DNA of 64,000 nt from the NCBI GenBank assembly GCA_019057635.1, contig DXJL01000104.1:43512-107511 (forward strand). The letters are read 5' to 3'. Within the stretch, counting starts at the first letter, position 1. The number at the start of each line of letters is the position of its first letter. The stretch comes from Candidatus Heimdallarchaeota archaeon. GTDB taxonomy: Archaea > Asgardarchaeota > Heimdallarchaeia > Hodarchaeales > Hodarchaeaceae. The position numbers were made by a program, and so were the translations under genes. This document shows, one piece after another, positions 20,048-30,365 of the stretch. Below the pieces are notes generated by a model, which had not been told where the DNA came from, did no database searches, and was given only the letters and a program-made list of their open reading frames with translations.

Positions 20048-21622
20048 TTACATAGGATTTGAAGTTCCATCGTGCACACATAATCCTTCTACATAAGTTT
20101 GTTCAATTCTTAATTCCTTTATCTCACTGGAGTTAATTGTAAATGGCGATTTCTCTAAAATAATGAAGTCAGCATATTTACCCTTCATGATATTGCCTAA
20201 TTCATGCTCTACTGAGAGAGCTACTGCATTACTAATAGTATATGCTTTAATTGCCTCCTCAACAGATATATGGATGTCTTTTGAGGGGAAATTGACTGAT
20301 TGATGTATCCCAAATAATGGAGAAAGGGGCATATTATCAGAGCCGAAAGATAGATTGGCCCTTAGCTGCAGAATTTTATTAAAACGATTTAATGAATATA
20401 TTCTATCTCGTCCGAGCCGTTGCTCATATAATTCTCCAGGATATTGCCATTTCAAGAAATTAGGCTGCATTGACAGTATAATTCCCAACTTGTTAGCTCG
20501 AACAATTTGAGAATCAGATATCATTTCCGCGTGTTCAATTCTATGTTTTTGTTTTGTAGATGTATTTCCTGCATTAGTTATCCCTTCTTCAAAGCAATCT
20601 AGTAATTTTTCTATTGCCTGATCTCCAATTGCGTGTACACATAGGGTACAATGATTTTCCTCTGCAAACTTAACCTGAGATGCCAAATCAGCTTCATCTA
20701 GAAACTTATCTCCCTTTCCACCTTTATCAACATATTCAAAACTTAACATAGCAGTATGAGATCCTATTGCACCATCAAAAAATCCTTTATACCCCGAATA
20801 TCGTATTTTATTCTTCCCTTGATTTCGACGAATCCCTTTTTTAACATATTCTTCCATTAAATCACGAGTTGGATTCAGAAATACTCGTATTGGTATTTCA
20901 TTATTCATTTCTAGCTCAAAATATTCTTTCAAAATATTTTGTTGTCCTTCTGGCACGATGGTGAGATTATCAACAACAGCGGTTATTCCTACAGATGCAG
21001 CAATCTTACATGAGGCTTTAATACTTTCAGAAATGAGATCTTGGAAATAAGGGGTGAGATTAAGCCAAACATCTTTTAAAACTCCCGTCGGATGCCCTTC
21101 AGCATCTTTCATAACTCCTTTATTCTCTAAAGAAACTGGTAACTGCTCAAGTGCTAGTGAATTTACAACAACAAGATGTCCATCCTCTCTTTTCATATAA
21201 AGTGGATTGTTTTGACTTATCCTATCTAAATCTTTTAATGTGGGAAATTCTTTTTTGTCTAACCAAAAGGATTCATCCCAACCAGAAAGAAAGACCCACT
21301 CTCCAGGTTTTTTTGACTTAACTACGATTTCTACTTTGTTTAAAGTTTCTTTATATGTAGAAATTCCAGTTAAATCGATATTTATTATGGGGGCTTCAAT
21401 CCAAAGGTGTGTATGGAGGTCAATAAACCCTGGAAGAACAGTTTTTCCTTCTATATCTATGGAACTGATTGCGTTTTGGATCAATTCTTCATTATGGTCT
21501 CCAACATAACTAAATTTACCATTTGTAATCGCAATCATCTGTGCAGTTTTAAAATTATCGTCAAATGTTACTATATGACCATTATAAATCACTGTGTCAT
21601 TTCGTTCGAGAGTCACTTTCAT
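20048..21622 (-). CDS. YtcJ-like amidohydrolase 3
   Basis: PGFIDLHTH, KGFFDGAIGS, HAIGD, RIEHAE, FGSD. Start moved to ATG 21622, which has GGAGG upstream. Confidence 0.9.
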   Translation of the reverse strand: MKVTLERNDTVIYNGHIVTFDDNFKTAQMIAITNGKFSYVGDHNEELIQNAISSIDIEGKTVLPGFIDLHTHLWIEAPIINIDLTGISTYKETLNKVEIVVKSKKPGEWVFLSGWDESFWLDKKEFPTLKDLDRISQNNPLYMKREDGHLVVVNSLALEQLPVSLENKGVMKDAEGHPTGVLKDVWLNLTPYFQDLISESIKASCKIAASVGITAVVDNLTIVPEGQQNILKEYFELEMNNEIPIRVFLNPTRDLMEEYVKKGIRRNQGKNKIRYSGYKGFFDGAIGSHTAMLSFEYVDKGGKGDKFLDEADLASQVKFAEENHCTLCVHAIGDQAIEKLLDCFEEGITNAGNTSTKQKHRIEHAEMISDSQIVRANKLGIILSMQPNFLKWQYPGELYEQRLGRDRIYSLNRFNKILQLRANLSFGSDNMPLSPLFGIHQSVNFPSKDIHISVEEAIKAYTISNAVALSVEHELGNIMKGKYADFIILEKSPFTINSSEIKELRIEQTYVEGLCVHDGTSNPM

Positions 21623-21769
21623 ATTCCTCCTTATCCATATAGCCAACTTCTTGAAATAATGTATGTAAAGAAGCACATAAGAACTATTAAAAGTATTTTT
21701 CCGATATTTAGTTTAGCAGATCGATACCAGTTAATTTCAAGTGTACGCTGATGCTCATAAGGAAGGCAA

Positions 21770-22819
21770 TTGATATTGGACAACATTGATTACAAAATTG
21801 TGGAACTTGACATGGGACAGGGAGGAAAGAAAATGGATACTCTCCTTGAATTCATAACAAATCGTATTAAAATAAAAAAAGTTTCTGATGAGGGAATTGG
21901 AGTTGAATCATTCGATGATGGAGCAATTATTCCCTTACCCAATCGATCAATCGATTTGGTACTCACAACTGATTCTTTTACTGTCTCACCATTATTCTTC
22001 CGTGGAGGGAATATTGGTACATTAGCCGCAGCTGGTACAATAAATGACCTTCTCATGATGGGAGCCAAACCTATTGCAATGACATTGGCACTCGTAATAA
22101 GGGAGGGGTTAAAATTCGATGTTCTAGCCAATATTATTGATACAATTGCGGAAATTACCGAAAAATTTAAGATTGCCATAGTTGCAGGTGATACCAAAGT
22201 CATGCCTGTAGGTTCGATGGATGAAACTGGATTAATAATAAATACTACTGGCCTGGGGGAGATACCAGCAGGACAACGAATAACTGACAGTTCAATTCAA
22301 CCAGAGGATATTATATTAACAACAGGCACGCTTGGAGATCATGGATTTGCCATGCTTGTGACGCGAGAGGGAATTGAGTTAGAAACAGAATTAAAATCTG
22401 ATGTTGCGCCATTACAATCCTTAATTCAACCCATTTTACAATATCGTATACATGCAATGAAAGATCCTACTCGCGGAGGCCTAACAGGTGTTTTAACTGA
22501 ATGGGCAATGAAATCGAAAGTGTCAATTTGGCTTGATGAGAAGTCTCTCCCAATTTCTGATGATGTCCAAATTATTTCTGATATATTTGGAATTGACCCT
22601 TTGCATGTTTCCTGCGAAGGAAAAGCGATCATCGCCGTTCATCCAGAAGATGCTGATAAGGTCTTGAGTTTATTAAGATCTAATCCTTTAGGCATTCATG
22701 CGGCAATTATTGGAAAAGTAAAAAACTCTCGAAAAGGACGAGTATTTCTTAAAACTGTTATAGGTGGACATAGAATATTGGATAAATCTGTCGGTGAACC
22801 GATTCCGCGTGTTTGCTAA
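21770..22819 (+). CDS. hypE: Hydrogenase maturation protein HypE
   Basis: GQGGK, TTDSFTVSPLFFRGGNIG, GDTKV, MKDPTRGG, C-terminal PRVC. Confidence 0.95.
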   Translation: MILDNIDYKIVELDMGQGGKKMDTLLEFITNRIKIKKVSDEGIGVESFDDGAIIPLPNRSIDLVLTTDSFTVSPLFFRGGNIGTLAAAGTINDLLMMGAKPIAMTLALVIREGLKFDVLANIIDTIAEITEKFKIAIVAGDTKVMPVGSMDETGLIINTTGLGEIPAGQRITDSSIQPEDIILTTGTLGDHGFAMLVTREGIELETELKSDVAPLQSLIQPILQYRIHAMKDPTRGGLTGVLTEWAMKSKVSIWLDEKSLPISDDVQIISDIFGIDPLHVSCEGKAIIAVHPEDADKVLSLLRSNPLGIHAAIIGKVKNSRKGRVFLKTVIGGHRILDKSVGEPIPRVC

Positions 22820-23073
22820 GATTGTTGTAGAGAGTTTCTTCCCTCTTCCTCTGATTTCCAAAGCTCCTCCCAAAGATCTAATGTTTCCTTCGCTTCTTCT
22901 GGAGACATTTTTGAAACAGCATAACCCGTATGAATGAGAATCCAATCTCCAACTTGAAGTTCCTCACCTAATAATGCAATACTTACCTCTCTTTTCACTC
23001 CACGACCGAAATCTGCAATGATAAGATAGTCTTCTAGGAATTCTTGAACTTGTGCTGGTATGGCTAGACACAT
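22816..23073 (-). CDS. hypC: Hydrogenase maturation chaperone HypC
   Basis: MCLAIPA N-terminus (start ATG 23073), VGDWILIHTGYA. Confidence 0.95.
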   Translation of the reverse strand: MCLAIPAQVQEFLEDYLIIADFGRGVKREVSIALLGEELQVGDWILIHTGYAVSKMSPEEAKETLDLWEELWKSEEEGRNSLQQS

Positions 23074-23224
23074 TGTAGGAGGAACCATCCGAATAATTGG
23101 ATGAGAGAGATGAAAAATGAGTGAGTAAAAAATATTATGGCCTATTTTTCAAAGGAAGTCTGTTGGAAGCAGTTATTACTCCGTCCGATACCCCATCGAT
23201 CAATCTCAATATTGAGGTAAGTAT

Positions 23225-25606
23225 GTGTACTGTCAAATCATGATAAATGGTGTGGTTCAAGGTATCGGATTCCGACCATTCGTCTACAATCTTGCTGTAA
23301 AACACAAATTGTTGGGATTTGTCCTCAATAGAGGAGACGCGGGAGTAGAAATACAAATAAAAGGATCAAGAGAGCAGATAAACACATTTATTTATGAACT
23401 ACAGCATAATAAACCTGCTCTTGCTAGATATGAAAAATTTGAATCTGTTTTAGACTTTGAAGCTATAGATGTACAGAATTTTGATAGTTTTCGAATTGCT
23501 AAAAGCACGTTAACTCGTGGGAATGAAGGATCATATATTCCCCCAGATTTACCGATATGTGACAAATGTATGGACGAAATGGGATTTGATCCTCGAAGAA
23601 TTAATTACCCATTTACATCATGTGTGGACTGTGGTCCAAGGTATTCTGTTATTACCTCCTTACCTTATGATAGGCCTAGAACTGTAATGGATGAATTTCC
23701 ATTATGTTCCAAGTGCTTAGCAGAATATACTAATCCAAGCGATAGACGGTTTCATGCTCAAACAACCTGTTGCTGGGATTGCGGACCTCAATACCAACTA
23801 CTAGATAATAAGGGGAATCTAGTACTTTCACCTGAAGAATTCAGGAGAAAGGGGAGTTTACCGTCAAAACTTCTTAATGAAGGCAAGATAATCGCAATTA
23901 AAGGAATTGGCGGTACTCATATTGCATGTAGAACATTGAGTGATGACCCCATCTTAAAGATACGTGATTGGAAAGGTGCCAGAGGAGAAAAACCCTTTGC
24001 AGTAATGTCTAAAAATCGACAAACTACCCAACAATTCGCTCATTGCTCAAAACTTGAAGCAGAATATCTTAATACCCACATCAGACCAATTCTACTTTTA
24101 AATAAAAATGACAAATACTCTTTATCGAAGCATATCTCACCAAATTTACACAATATAGGTGTGTTATTTCCGTATGCGGGGATACACATTACATTATTTG
24201 AGGAGATAAATGATCCAGCGTTAGTGATGACTTCTGGTAACCCCTCCAACTTACCGATACTAATTGAAAATGATCAAATCCAAAAAAACCTGTCTTCTAT
24301 CGTAGATTACTTTTTATTACATGATAGACAAATCTTCCAACGTATTGATGATAGTGTATTACGCCTTCATACATTCAATGACCATAAATATCCATTAATT
24401 ATCCGGAGAAGTAGAGGGTATGTTCCTGAACCAATATCCCTGCCTTGGAAGAACATACATCCGACAGTGATAACGTTAGGAGCAGAAATGCATTCTGTTG
24501 GTTCTATTGGAGTAGGTAATAGAATTTTTCCAACTCAACATATTGGTCACCTTAGTACGTTAGAAAATATAGAATTTCTCAAATCCAGCTTAATACATAT
24601 GAAATCTTTACTCGGAGTTGATAAAATTCAAGGTATTGGCGGCGATTTACACCCACAGTTCTCTTCTACTGCTTTGGGAGAGGAATGGGCTGAAAAAAAC
24701 GGAATAAAGTTTTACCAATTTCAACATCATTATGCCCATTTAAGCGCTTTAGCCGTTGATGCAGGTGTGAGTCCTGAAGATAACATTATTTGTGCAACGT
24801 TAGATGGTACAGGCTATGGAACTGATGGAACTATATGGGGAGGAGAAATATTAATGGGGAATTTCTCAGATTTCAAGAGAGTAGCACATCTAGAACCATT
24901 AACCATCCCTGGAGGGGACTTAGCAATAAAACAACCTCATCGAGGGTTATTAGCATATCTTCTTTCATTCATGTCTCCAGAGGAGATAACTACAAGTATT
25001 AATTCACTTCCCTGGTTAAAATGGATAACTAATTTGGAAAATTATTCTCTATTAATTAGTTCCATGAAGAAGCAGATCAAAACCCAGAATATTCCAAGAC
25101 ATAACATAACCTCTAGTTGTGGTCGTGTTCTCGACATTCTCAGTGTTATGCTTGGTGTGACTAAATATCGTACTTATGAAGGGGAGCCAGCGATAAAACT
25201 TGAATCATTTGCATGGAAAAAGAATAACGATTCAAAGTTAGAACTAGAAATACCATATAGAGAAAATAATCGAGGTGCAATTGAAATTCAGACTAAACAT
25301 CTTTTAAGGGATATTTGGAATAGAATTCAAAAGGATCAGACCAGACATTTATTAGCAGCTGCAGCAGAGAAAGCCCTTGCAAAGACAGTAGCAGAAGTTT
25401 CAATTCTAATGGCGGATAAACATGGCATACACAATATTGGAATGTCTGGGGGAGTGTGCTATAATCAAGCTATATTTTCTGAATTTTATCGAAATATAAT
25501 AAGTGCGGGTAAAAAATACACTTCCATCTATCACAAACAAATCCCATGTGGAGATGGTTGTATATCTATTGGCCAAGTTCCTTTAATCCAAACTAAATTG
25601 ATGTAA
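23225..25606 (+). CDS. hypF: Carbamoyltransferase HypF
   Basis: Acylphosphatase GVVQGIGFRPFVY, zinc fingers, KGIGG, DLHP, QHHYAH, DGTGYG, GDGCISIGQ. Confidence 0.96.
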   Translation: MYCQIMINGVVQGIGFRPFVYNLAVKHKLLGFVLNRGDAGVEIQIKGSREQINTFIYELQHNKPALARYEKFESVLDFEAIDVQNFDSFRIAKSTLTRGNEGSYIPPDLPICDKCMDEMGFDPRRINYPFTSCVDCGPRYSVITSLPYDRPRTVMDEFPLCSKCLAEYTNPSDRRFHAQTTCCWDCGPQYQLLDNKGNLVLSPEEFRRKGSLPSKLLNEGKIIAIKGIGGTHIACRTLSDDPILKIRDWKGARGEKPFAVMSKNRQTTQQFAHCSKLEAEYLNTHIRPILLLNKNDKYSLSKHISPNLHNIGVLFPYAGIHITLFEEINDPALVMTSGNPSNLPILIENDQIQKNLSSIVDYFLLHDRQIFQRIDDSVLRLHTFNDHKYPLIIRRSRGYVPEPISLPWKNIHPTVITLGAEMHSVGSIGVGNRIFPTQHIGHLSTLENIEFLKSSLIHMKSLLGVDKIQGIGGDLHPQFSSTALGEEWAEKNGIKFYQFQHHYAHLSALAVDAGVSPEDNIICATLDGTGYGTDGTIWGGEILMGNFSDFKRVAHLEPLTIPGGDLAIKQPHRGLLAYLLSFMSPEEITTSINSLPWLKWITNLENYSLLISSMKKQIKTQNIPRHNITSSCGRVLDILSVMLGVTKYRTYEGEPAIKLESFAWKKNNDSKLELEIPYRENNRGAIEIQTKHLLRDIWNRIQKDQTRHLLAAAAEKALAKTVAEVSILMADKHGIHNIGMSGGVCYNQAIFSEFYRNIISAGKKYTSIYHKQIPCGDGCISIGQVPLIQTKLM

Positions 25607-25759
25607 ATTTAAAATTTTTATCATATACTCCCCTATATCACCTCTTTAGGAAAATTTAGTCATGAATAGATTTAAATGTTCAATGTCCTAGAATTTCGTA
25701 GAAAGAGGCTACTGTCTAAATTTATTTTCTTTTATCCGCAATAAAGACGTGAAACTATC

Positions 25760-26335
25760 ATGGTTAACCCAGATGATGAAACAAGATCCTATCAAGATTA
25801 TTTTGAAGAAGTTTTTGATTCACTGTCATTACTTAAATCACAAATAGATACACCGTTAGAAAAGCCTGATGAGGCTTATAAACAATTAGGTACTATAGAA
25901 GATGTTTTAGAAACTCTATTAAACTGGATAAAATTACAGAAAAATGGTTTACGTAATTTTGATACGATTGTCGATTGGGTGAAGAAATTAGCAATCGATT
26001 CCACTTTGACCAAAGATGAAATTCGTAGTCGTTTACGAATTATTGTTCTCCCTCAAGTTGAATCCTTTACGCAGAATCTCACAACCAATGAAAAAAGCGC
26101 ATTAAAGGTTCTTGATGCTGTAAGCAAAAACTTAGAAGCACTACCTGATTTCTTAAAATCTATTCAGCAGAAAAATTTTAAATTATTAACGCTAATTGGT
26201 TATGATCCTCAAACGGGTTCTTCTCAACTTGATTTGATGTTTCAAAATCTCTATCAAGGTCGTTTTAATGATTTTCAAAAAGAGCTAGACCAGTTAAAAG
26301 AGAATCTGATTCCAAGGAAAGATACTTCCGAGTAA
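25760..26335 (+). CDS. Hypothetical all-helical protein
   Basis: 191-aa ORF with ATG start and amphipathic-helix composition; no motif recognised. Confidence 0.7.
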   Translation: MVNPDDETRSYQDYFEEVFDSLSLLKSQIDTPLEKPDEAYKQLGTIEDVLETLLNWIKLQKNGLRNFDTIVDWVKKLAIDSTLTKDEIRSRLRIIVLPQVESFTQNLTTNEKSALKVLDAVSKNLEALPDFLKSIQQKNFKLLTLIGYDPQTGSSQLDLMFQNLYQGRFNDFQKELDQLKENLIPRKDTSE

Positions 26336-26484
26336 TTTTTTATTCATTTTTCAATAGATATTAAACCGTTATTTTAAAAAGTAAAATCATCTATATAGAG
26401 ATTAAAACCGAAAGTAATAGTAAATTATTTCGATATTACTTCAAATCATCGTATTTCGTAAAATAAAATAGAGGGTTCAGAACT

Positions 26485-28431
26485 TTGGCCAGTAACAATC
26501 CCAAACTTGCTTTTATAAGAAGTATTGCCCAACAAGCTCGAAGATTGGAACATGAAATTTCCTCTGAAATGAAAAGCAGTGTAAATAAACTTTATTCACG
26601 ACCGAAATCCTACTATACGTTGCAAGATGTAGAAGAAGTCATAGAAAGCTTAAAAGAGAAAATGATTGTTTTAAATAAGGAAGCACATACAGAATTTTCC
26701 AAAAGAGGGATGAAAGACATTGATAATATTGACCTTGTGCAACCAGAGTCAGATTCAACACTTATAGCAAAATCTGAACTTCAAAGATTGCAGAATGAGA
26801 TTGAATCCTTAAGTCAGCAAGCAACAGATTTGTCACCCTTTGAAAAAAAAATTGCCGATTTGGAAATCTTATTAGAAGAAAAAGAAGCAGAAATTTCTCT
26901 TTTAAATTCAAAGACTGGGTTAACATCTGAAAAATATCAAAATCAATTAGAAGAGATAAATCGTATCCAGGAGCTACTTGATGAAGCTCAAAGAGAATTG
27001 AAACAGACAAAATTAGAAAGGGACAAAATTGAAGCGGAGTATGAAGTCATAGGTAATACATTGATGACTACACGTTTAGAAATTGAGGAACTACAGACAG
27101 TAATAGGAAACAAGGATATAGAATTAGAAAACTTGAACTCGGAAGTACAAGTTCTTACTAGTCATGCAGAAGATAATATTATTCTAAAAGAACAGAACAT
27201 TAAGCTAAATGACGAGATAGCAAATCTCAAAACAGTTGTTCAAAATGAAATTGAGAAGGTAAAAAAAGCATCTTCTAAACAATCGGATGATCTGTTAGAG
27301 GATAAAGAAGCTCTGAATTCACAAATTAGAGAAATTAAAATTGCTATGGCTGAATTAGAAGAAAAAAATCAAATATTGGAGAAAGAGAATGAAGATCTTT
27401 TAATTGATTCAGGAGAAACGACTGAAGAAGCCTTAACTGTTAGAAAAGAATTATCTGAATCTAGAGTTTTGCTTGACCAGAAGATCAAGGAAAATGAAGA
27501 CCTGAATCGTCGATTAAGCGATCTTGAAAATCAGGTTGAATTGCAAGAAAAAGAGAAAGTCGAATTTAAACAAAAACTTGCATCAAGTGAATCTTCTAGG
27601 GAAAAAGTGGAAGGCAATTTGACACATACACAACAAGAAATGGACGATAAGGATGCGCTTATTGAAAAAATTCAATTGCGACTTCAAGAAGCAAAAGAAG
27701 CAGAAGATAAATTACGTACTGAAAATCGTGCTTTTGTAACTTCAACAGAAGACTTACAAGTGGAAATCCAAGGTAAAAATGAACGAATTGACGTAATAGA
27801 AAAAGCTTTGAATGAAGCCCGAGAAAATCTAGCTAATTTGAAAATACATTTTGAAAAACAAAAGTCTTCTATACTCGAGCAGGAGACCCAACTCAAAACA
27901 AAAGACTTGGAAGTAGTTGAAGCAATGAAGGAATTAGACACCATCAGAGAGAAACATGAAAATTTGAGGGAGGAGATTGATGGTTCAAGAACAAAGAGTG
28001 CGGCTTTTGAGCGACAAAAAGAGACATACGATATAGAAATTAAGAGTCTAGGACTCCAGCTTGCTGAAGCGAATAAGGAAAATAAAAGATTAGATAAGAA
28101 AATTAATTCGTTCAAGAATGAAATCACAAAGAGTAATGGGGAAAATGATGCTCTTAATCGTCAGGTAACAAAACTGAAAGAGGAATCTGAACAGTATAAA
28201 CAAGCTGTCGAAGTTCTGAAAATAAATCTGTCCAAAAATCCAAAATATGCGATACTCTTTGTTCTCCAAGATATCCAACAGGCTTCAGTGGAAGAATTGG
28301 CTAAAACTGTCGCAATTCAACTTGTATTTGCAGAACGTCTGATGAAAGAATTAGAATCTGAAGGATGGATTGATTACAATGTAGATCGAGCACAAGTCAC
28401 CCTGAAAAGAAGTTTCTTAGATCTTGAATAA
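26485..28431 (+). CDS. Long coiled-coil protein with C-terminal winged-helix-like domain
   Basis: About 500 aa of heptad-rich sequence, no Walker motifs; C-terminus ASVEELAKTVAIQLVFAERLMKELESEGWIDYN. Confidence 0.85.
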   Translation: MASNNPKLAFIRSIAQQARRLEHEISSEMKSSVNKLYSRPKSYYTLQDVEEVIESLKEKMIVLNKEAHTEFSKRGMKDIDNIDLVQPESDSTLIAKSELQRLQNEIESLSQQATDLSPFEKKIADLEILLEEKEAEISLLNSKTGLTSEKYQNQLEEINRIQELLDEAQRELKQTKLERDKIEAEYEVIGNTLMTTRLEIEELQTVIGNKDIELENLNSEVQVLTSHAEDNIILKEQNIKLNDEIANLKTVVQNEIEKVKKASSKQSDDLLEDKEALNSQIREIKIAMAELEEKNQILEKENEDLLIDSGETTEEALTVRKELSESRVLLDQKIKENEDLNRRLSDLENQVELQEKEKVEFKQKLASSESSREKVEGNLTHTQQEMDDKDALIEKIQLRLQEAKEAEDKLRTENRAFVTSTEDLQVEIQGKNERIDVIEKALNEARENLANLKIHFEKQKSSILEQETQLKTKDLEVVEAMKELDTIREKHENLREEIDGSRTKSAAFERQKETYDIEIKSLGLQLAEANKENKRLDKKINSFKNEITKSNGENDALNRQVTKLKEESEQYKQAVEVLKINLSKNPKYAILFVLQDIQQASVEELAKTVAIQLVFAERLMKELESEGWIDYNVDRAQVTLKRSFLDLE

Positions 28432-28471
28432 AAAATTCTATAAATTAGCTTAAACCAAAATTCTGGGTGAC

Positions 28472-29332
28472 TTGATGCAAGTACAAATGATTCTTAGCAA
28501 GTGTAAAGAGAATTTAGTTGATTTAGATGATCACATCATTCTTATTTTGAAGGCTATTGATCAAAATATCAGTATTATTGTAGAAGGAGAATCAGGAACA
28601 GGGAAAACAGAACTAGCAAAAACCATTGCTTTTGCCCTTGAAAGGCCATTTTACAGAGTTGATGGAGATGAAAATCTAACAATTACACAACTTCGTGGTT
28701 GGTTTGATCCGTCTTTAGTCATCGAATCAGGTTTTGGAGAAAAATCTTTCATACCAGGTCCTCTAACATTGGCAATGTCAAAAGGAGGATTATTCTTCTT
28801 TAATGAAGTCAATCGCGCGCCAAGTGAATCAATTAATGGAGCACTTTCTGCGATGGATTCCAGCGAAAGATCCATTGAAATTCCACAATATATGAATATT
28901 AAGGCAAGAGACGATTTTTATACAATTTTTACCCTTAATCCTTCAGAATATATTGGTACTAATCCGTTACCTGAAGCATTTTTTGATAGATGCATTAGAA
29001 TCCATTTAACACATAAAACTGGAAAAATTGCAGAGGAAATAGTCAAATTAAGGACTAATTGTGCTGATGATGACTTAATACACAAATGTGTATTATTCAC
29101 TGAAAAAACTCGTTCCAATACTGATTTCGAACGTGGTGCAAGTATTCGAGCAGCTATTCAGTTAACGCAATTATTGATGAATGAAGAAAACCAAGATAAA
29201 CACATAATTCAAGCGATCAATGCAGTTTACTCTGGTAAAATTAAACTACAACCTGATATTTCTCGATCAGTCGAAAAGTGTTTACATGAGATAGCTGACG
29301 AGGTTTTTTTTGAGAATAGACCAAAAAACTAG
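28472..29332 (+). CDS. MoxR-family AAA+ ATPase (AAA_5 type)
   Basis: Walker A GESGTGKT, FIPGPL, Walker B variant FFFNEVNR, TLNP, LPEAFFDR, sensor-2 ASIRAA. Confidence 0.92.
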   Translation: MMQVQMILSKCKENLVDLDDHIILILKAIDQNISIIVEGESGTGKTELAKTIAFALERPFYRVDGDENLTITQLRGWFDPSLVIESGFGEKSFIPGPLTLAMSKGGLFFFNEVNRAPSESINGALSAMDSSERSIEIPQYMNIKARDDFYTIFTLNPSEYIGTNPLPEAFFDRCIRIHLTHKTGKIAEEIVKLRTNCADDDLIHKCVLFTEKTRSNTDFERGASIRAAIQLTQLLMNEENQDKHIIQAINAVYSGKIKLQPDISRSVEKCLHEIADEVFFENRPKN

Positions 29333-29354
29333 AAAAGCGGGACGGAGAGCCCGC
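29323..29354 (+). other. Putative -1 programmed ribosomal frameshift signal
   Basis: A_AAA_AAC at 29323-29329, 0-frame TAG at 29330-29332, stem GCGGG(29337-41)/CCCGC(29350-54). Confidence 0.75.
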
Positions 29355-30363
29355 GGTATCAGAACACTCAATTAAATTATCTCACCCTACTCATCAGTAT
29401 GATCTGATTGAAACTATCCTTGAATATCGACTTCAGCAAAAGCTTGATACTTCGAAAACTATCGAATTTACAGAACAAGCACTCAAATCGCGAAATTTGC
29501 ATGCAGTTGAAATACTAGCTGAATCATATCCTCACGTCGTGGCAGACGTCATACAGATGGAAAATTTCGACTCTAATCTTGTTTTAGAATCAAAAAGTCT
29601 AGTTTTTCAAATAAAAGATCATCTAGATCCCTCAATTGAAAAAAAATTGATGCAAATACTAATCCCAAGGATGATAAAACACTCTGAATCATTATTTCAT
29701 AGCATCGATCGTTCAAAATATCCTATCCGAATACCATATATGCCAGGGAGAAAATGGAATGTCGAAAAAACTGTAATGAAATTCTTGGTTTCAGGGGATA
29801 CAAATTTAAACTACTCACATGTCGTTTGTGAGGAACGAAAAGAAAGGAAAGCAACAGTAGTCCTCCTAATTGATAAGAGTCACTCCGTTATTCAGCACTT
29901 GAGATTTATTATTATTTCAGCAATAATATTCAGTTTAGCATTACAAAATAAAGATATAAGTATAATTAGTTTTGACACACGACCATCTGTAGTTAAGAGT
30001 ATGAAAGATAGGCGCGACTCAAGTACTCAAATTGTGAAAAAACTGATAAAACTTAGCTCAGGTGGAAAAACTGATATTTATTCTGCTCTGTTAAAAGCTC
30101 AAAAAGAATTTTCTACTGTCATAAGCAGAAAAAAAACACTCGTACTGATATCCGACTTATTAGCAACGTCTGGAGAGGACTTTTTACCTATTTTAAGAAC
30201 ATTTAACGATGTTAGGATCATTGTAACACCTAGGCGTCAGACTTTACAACTGACAAAACCTCTACTCGGCCATTTACGCAGAATGAATAATGTCAAATTA
30301 TTTCTCTTACCCGAAAATGAACGATTAATCCTTAATATGTTAGAAAAGGTTTTATTTTTTTAA
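29329..30363 (+). CDS. vWA (MIDAS) domain protein, probably the frameshifted C-terminal extension of the MoxR ATPase
   Basis: MIDAS DKSHS...GGKTD...ISD. The frame is open from 29320 with no ATG/GTG/TTG until 29497. Confidence 0.85.
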   Translation, partial: LEKRDGEPAVSEHSIKLSHPTHQYDLIETILEYRLQQKLDTSKTIEFTEQALKSRNLHAVEILAESYPHVVADVIQMENFDSNLVLESKSLVFQIKDHLDPSIEKKLMQILIPRMIKHSESLFHSIDRSKYPIRIPYMPGRKWNVEKTVMKFLVSGDTNLNYSHVVCEERKERKATVVLLIDKSHSVIQHLRFIIISAIIFSLALQNKDISIISFDTRPSVVKSMKDRRDSSTQIVKKLIKLSSGGKTDIYSALLKAQKEFSTVISRKKTLVLISDLLATSGEDFLPILRTFNDVRIIVTPRRQTLQLTKPLLGHLRRMNNVKLFLLPENERLILNMLEKVLFF

Positions 30364-30365
30364 TC

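Noticed and set aside
26485-28431. SMC/Rad50 call for the long coiled-coil proteins
   Set aside because: No Walker A/B, signature motif, hinge or zinc hook.
29304-29311. T8 run as an alternative slip site in the MoxR gene
   Set aside because: A -1 shift there meets TAG at 29317-29319, so it cannot produce the fusion.
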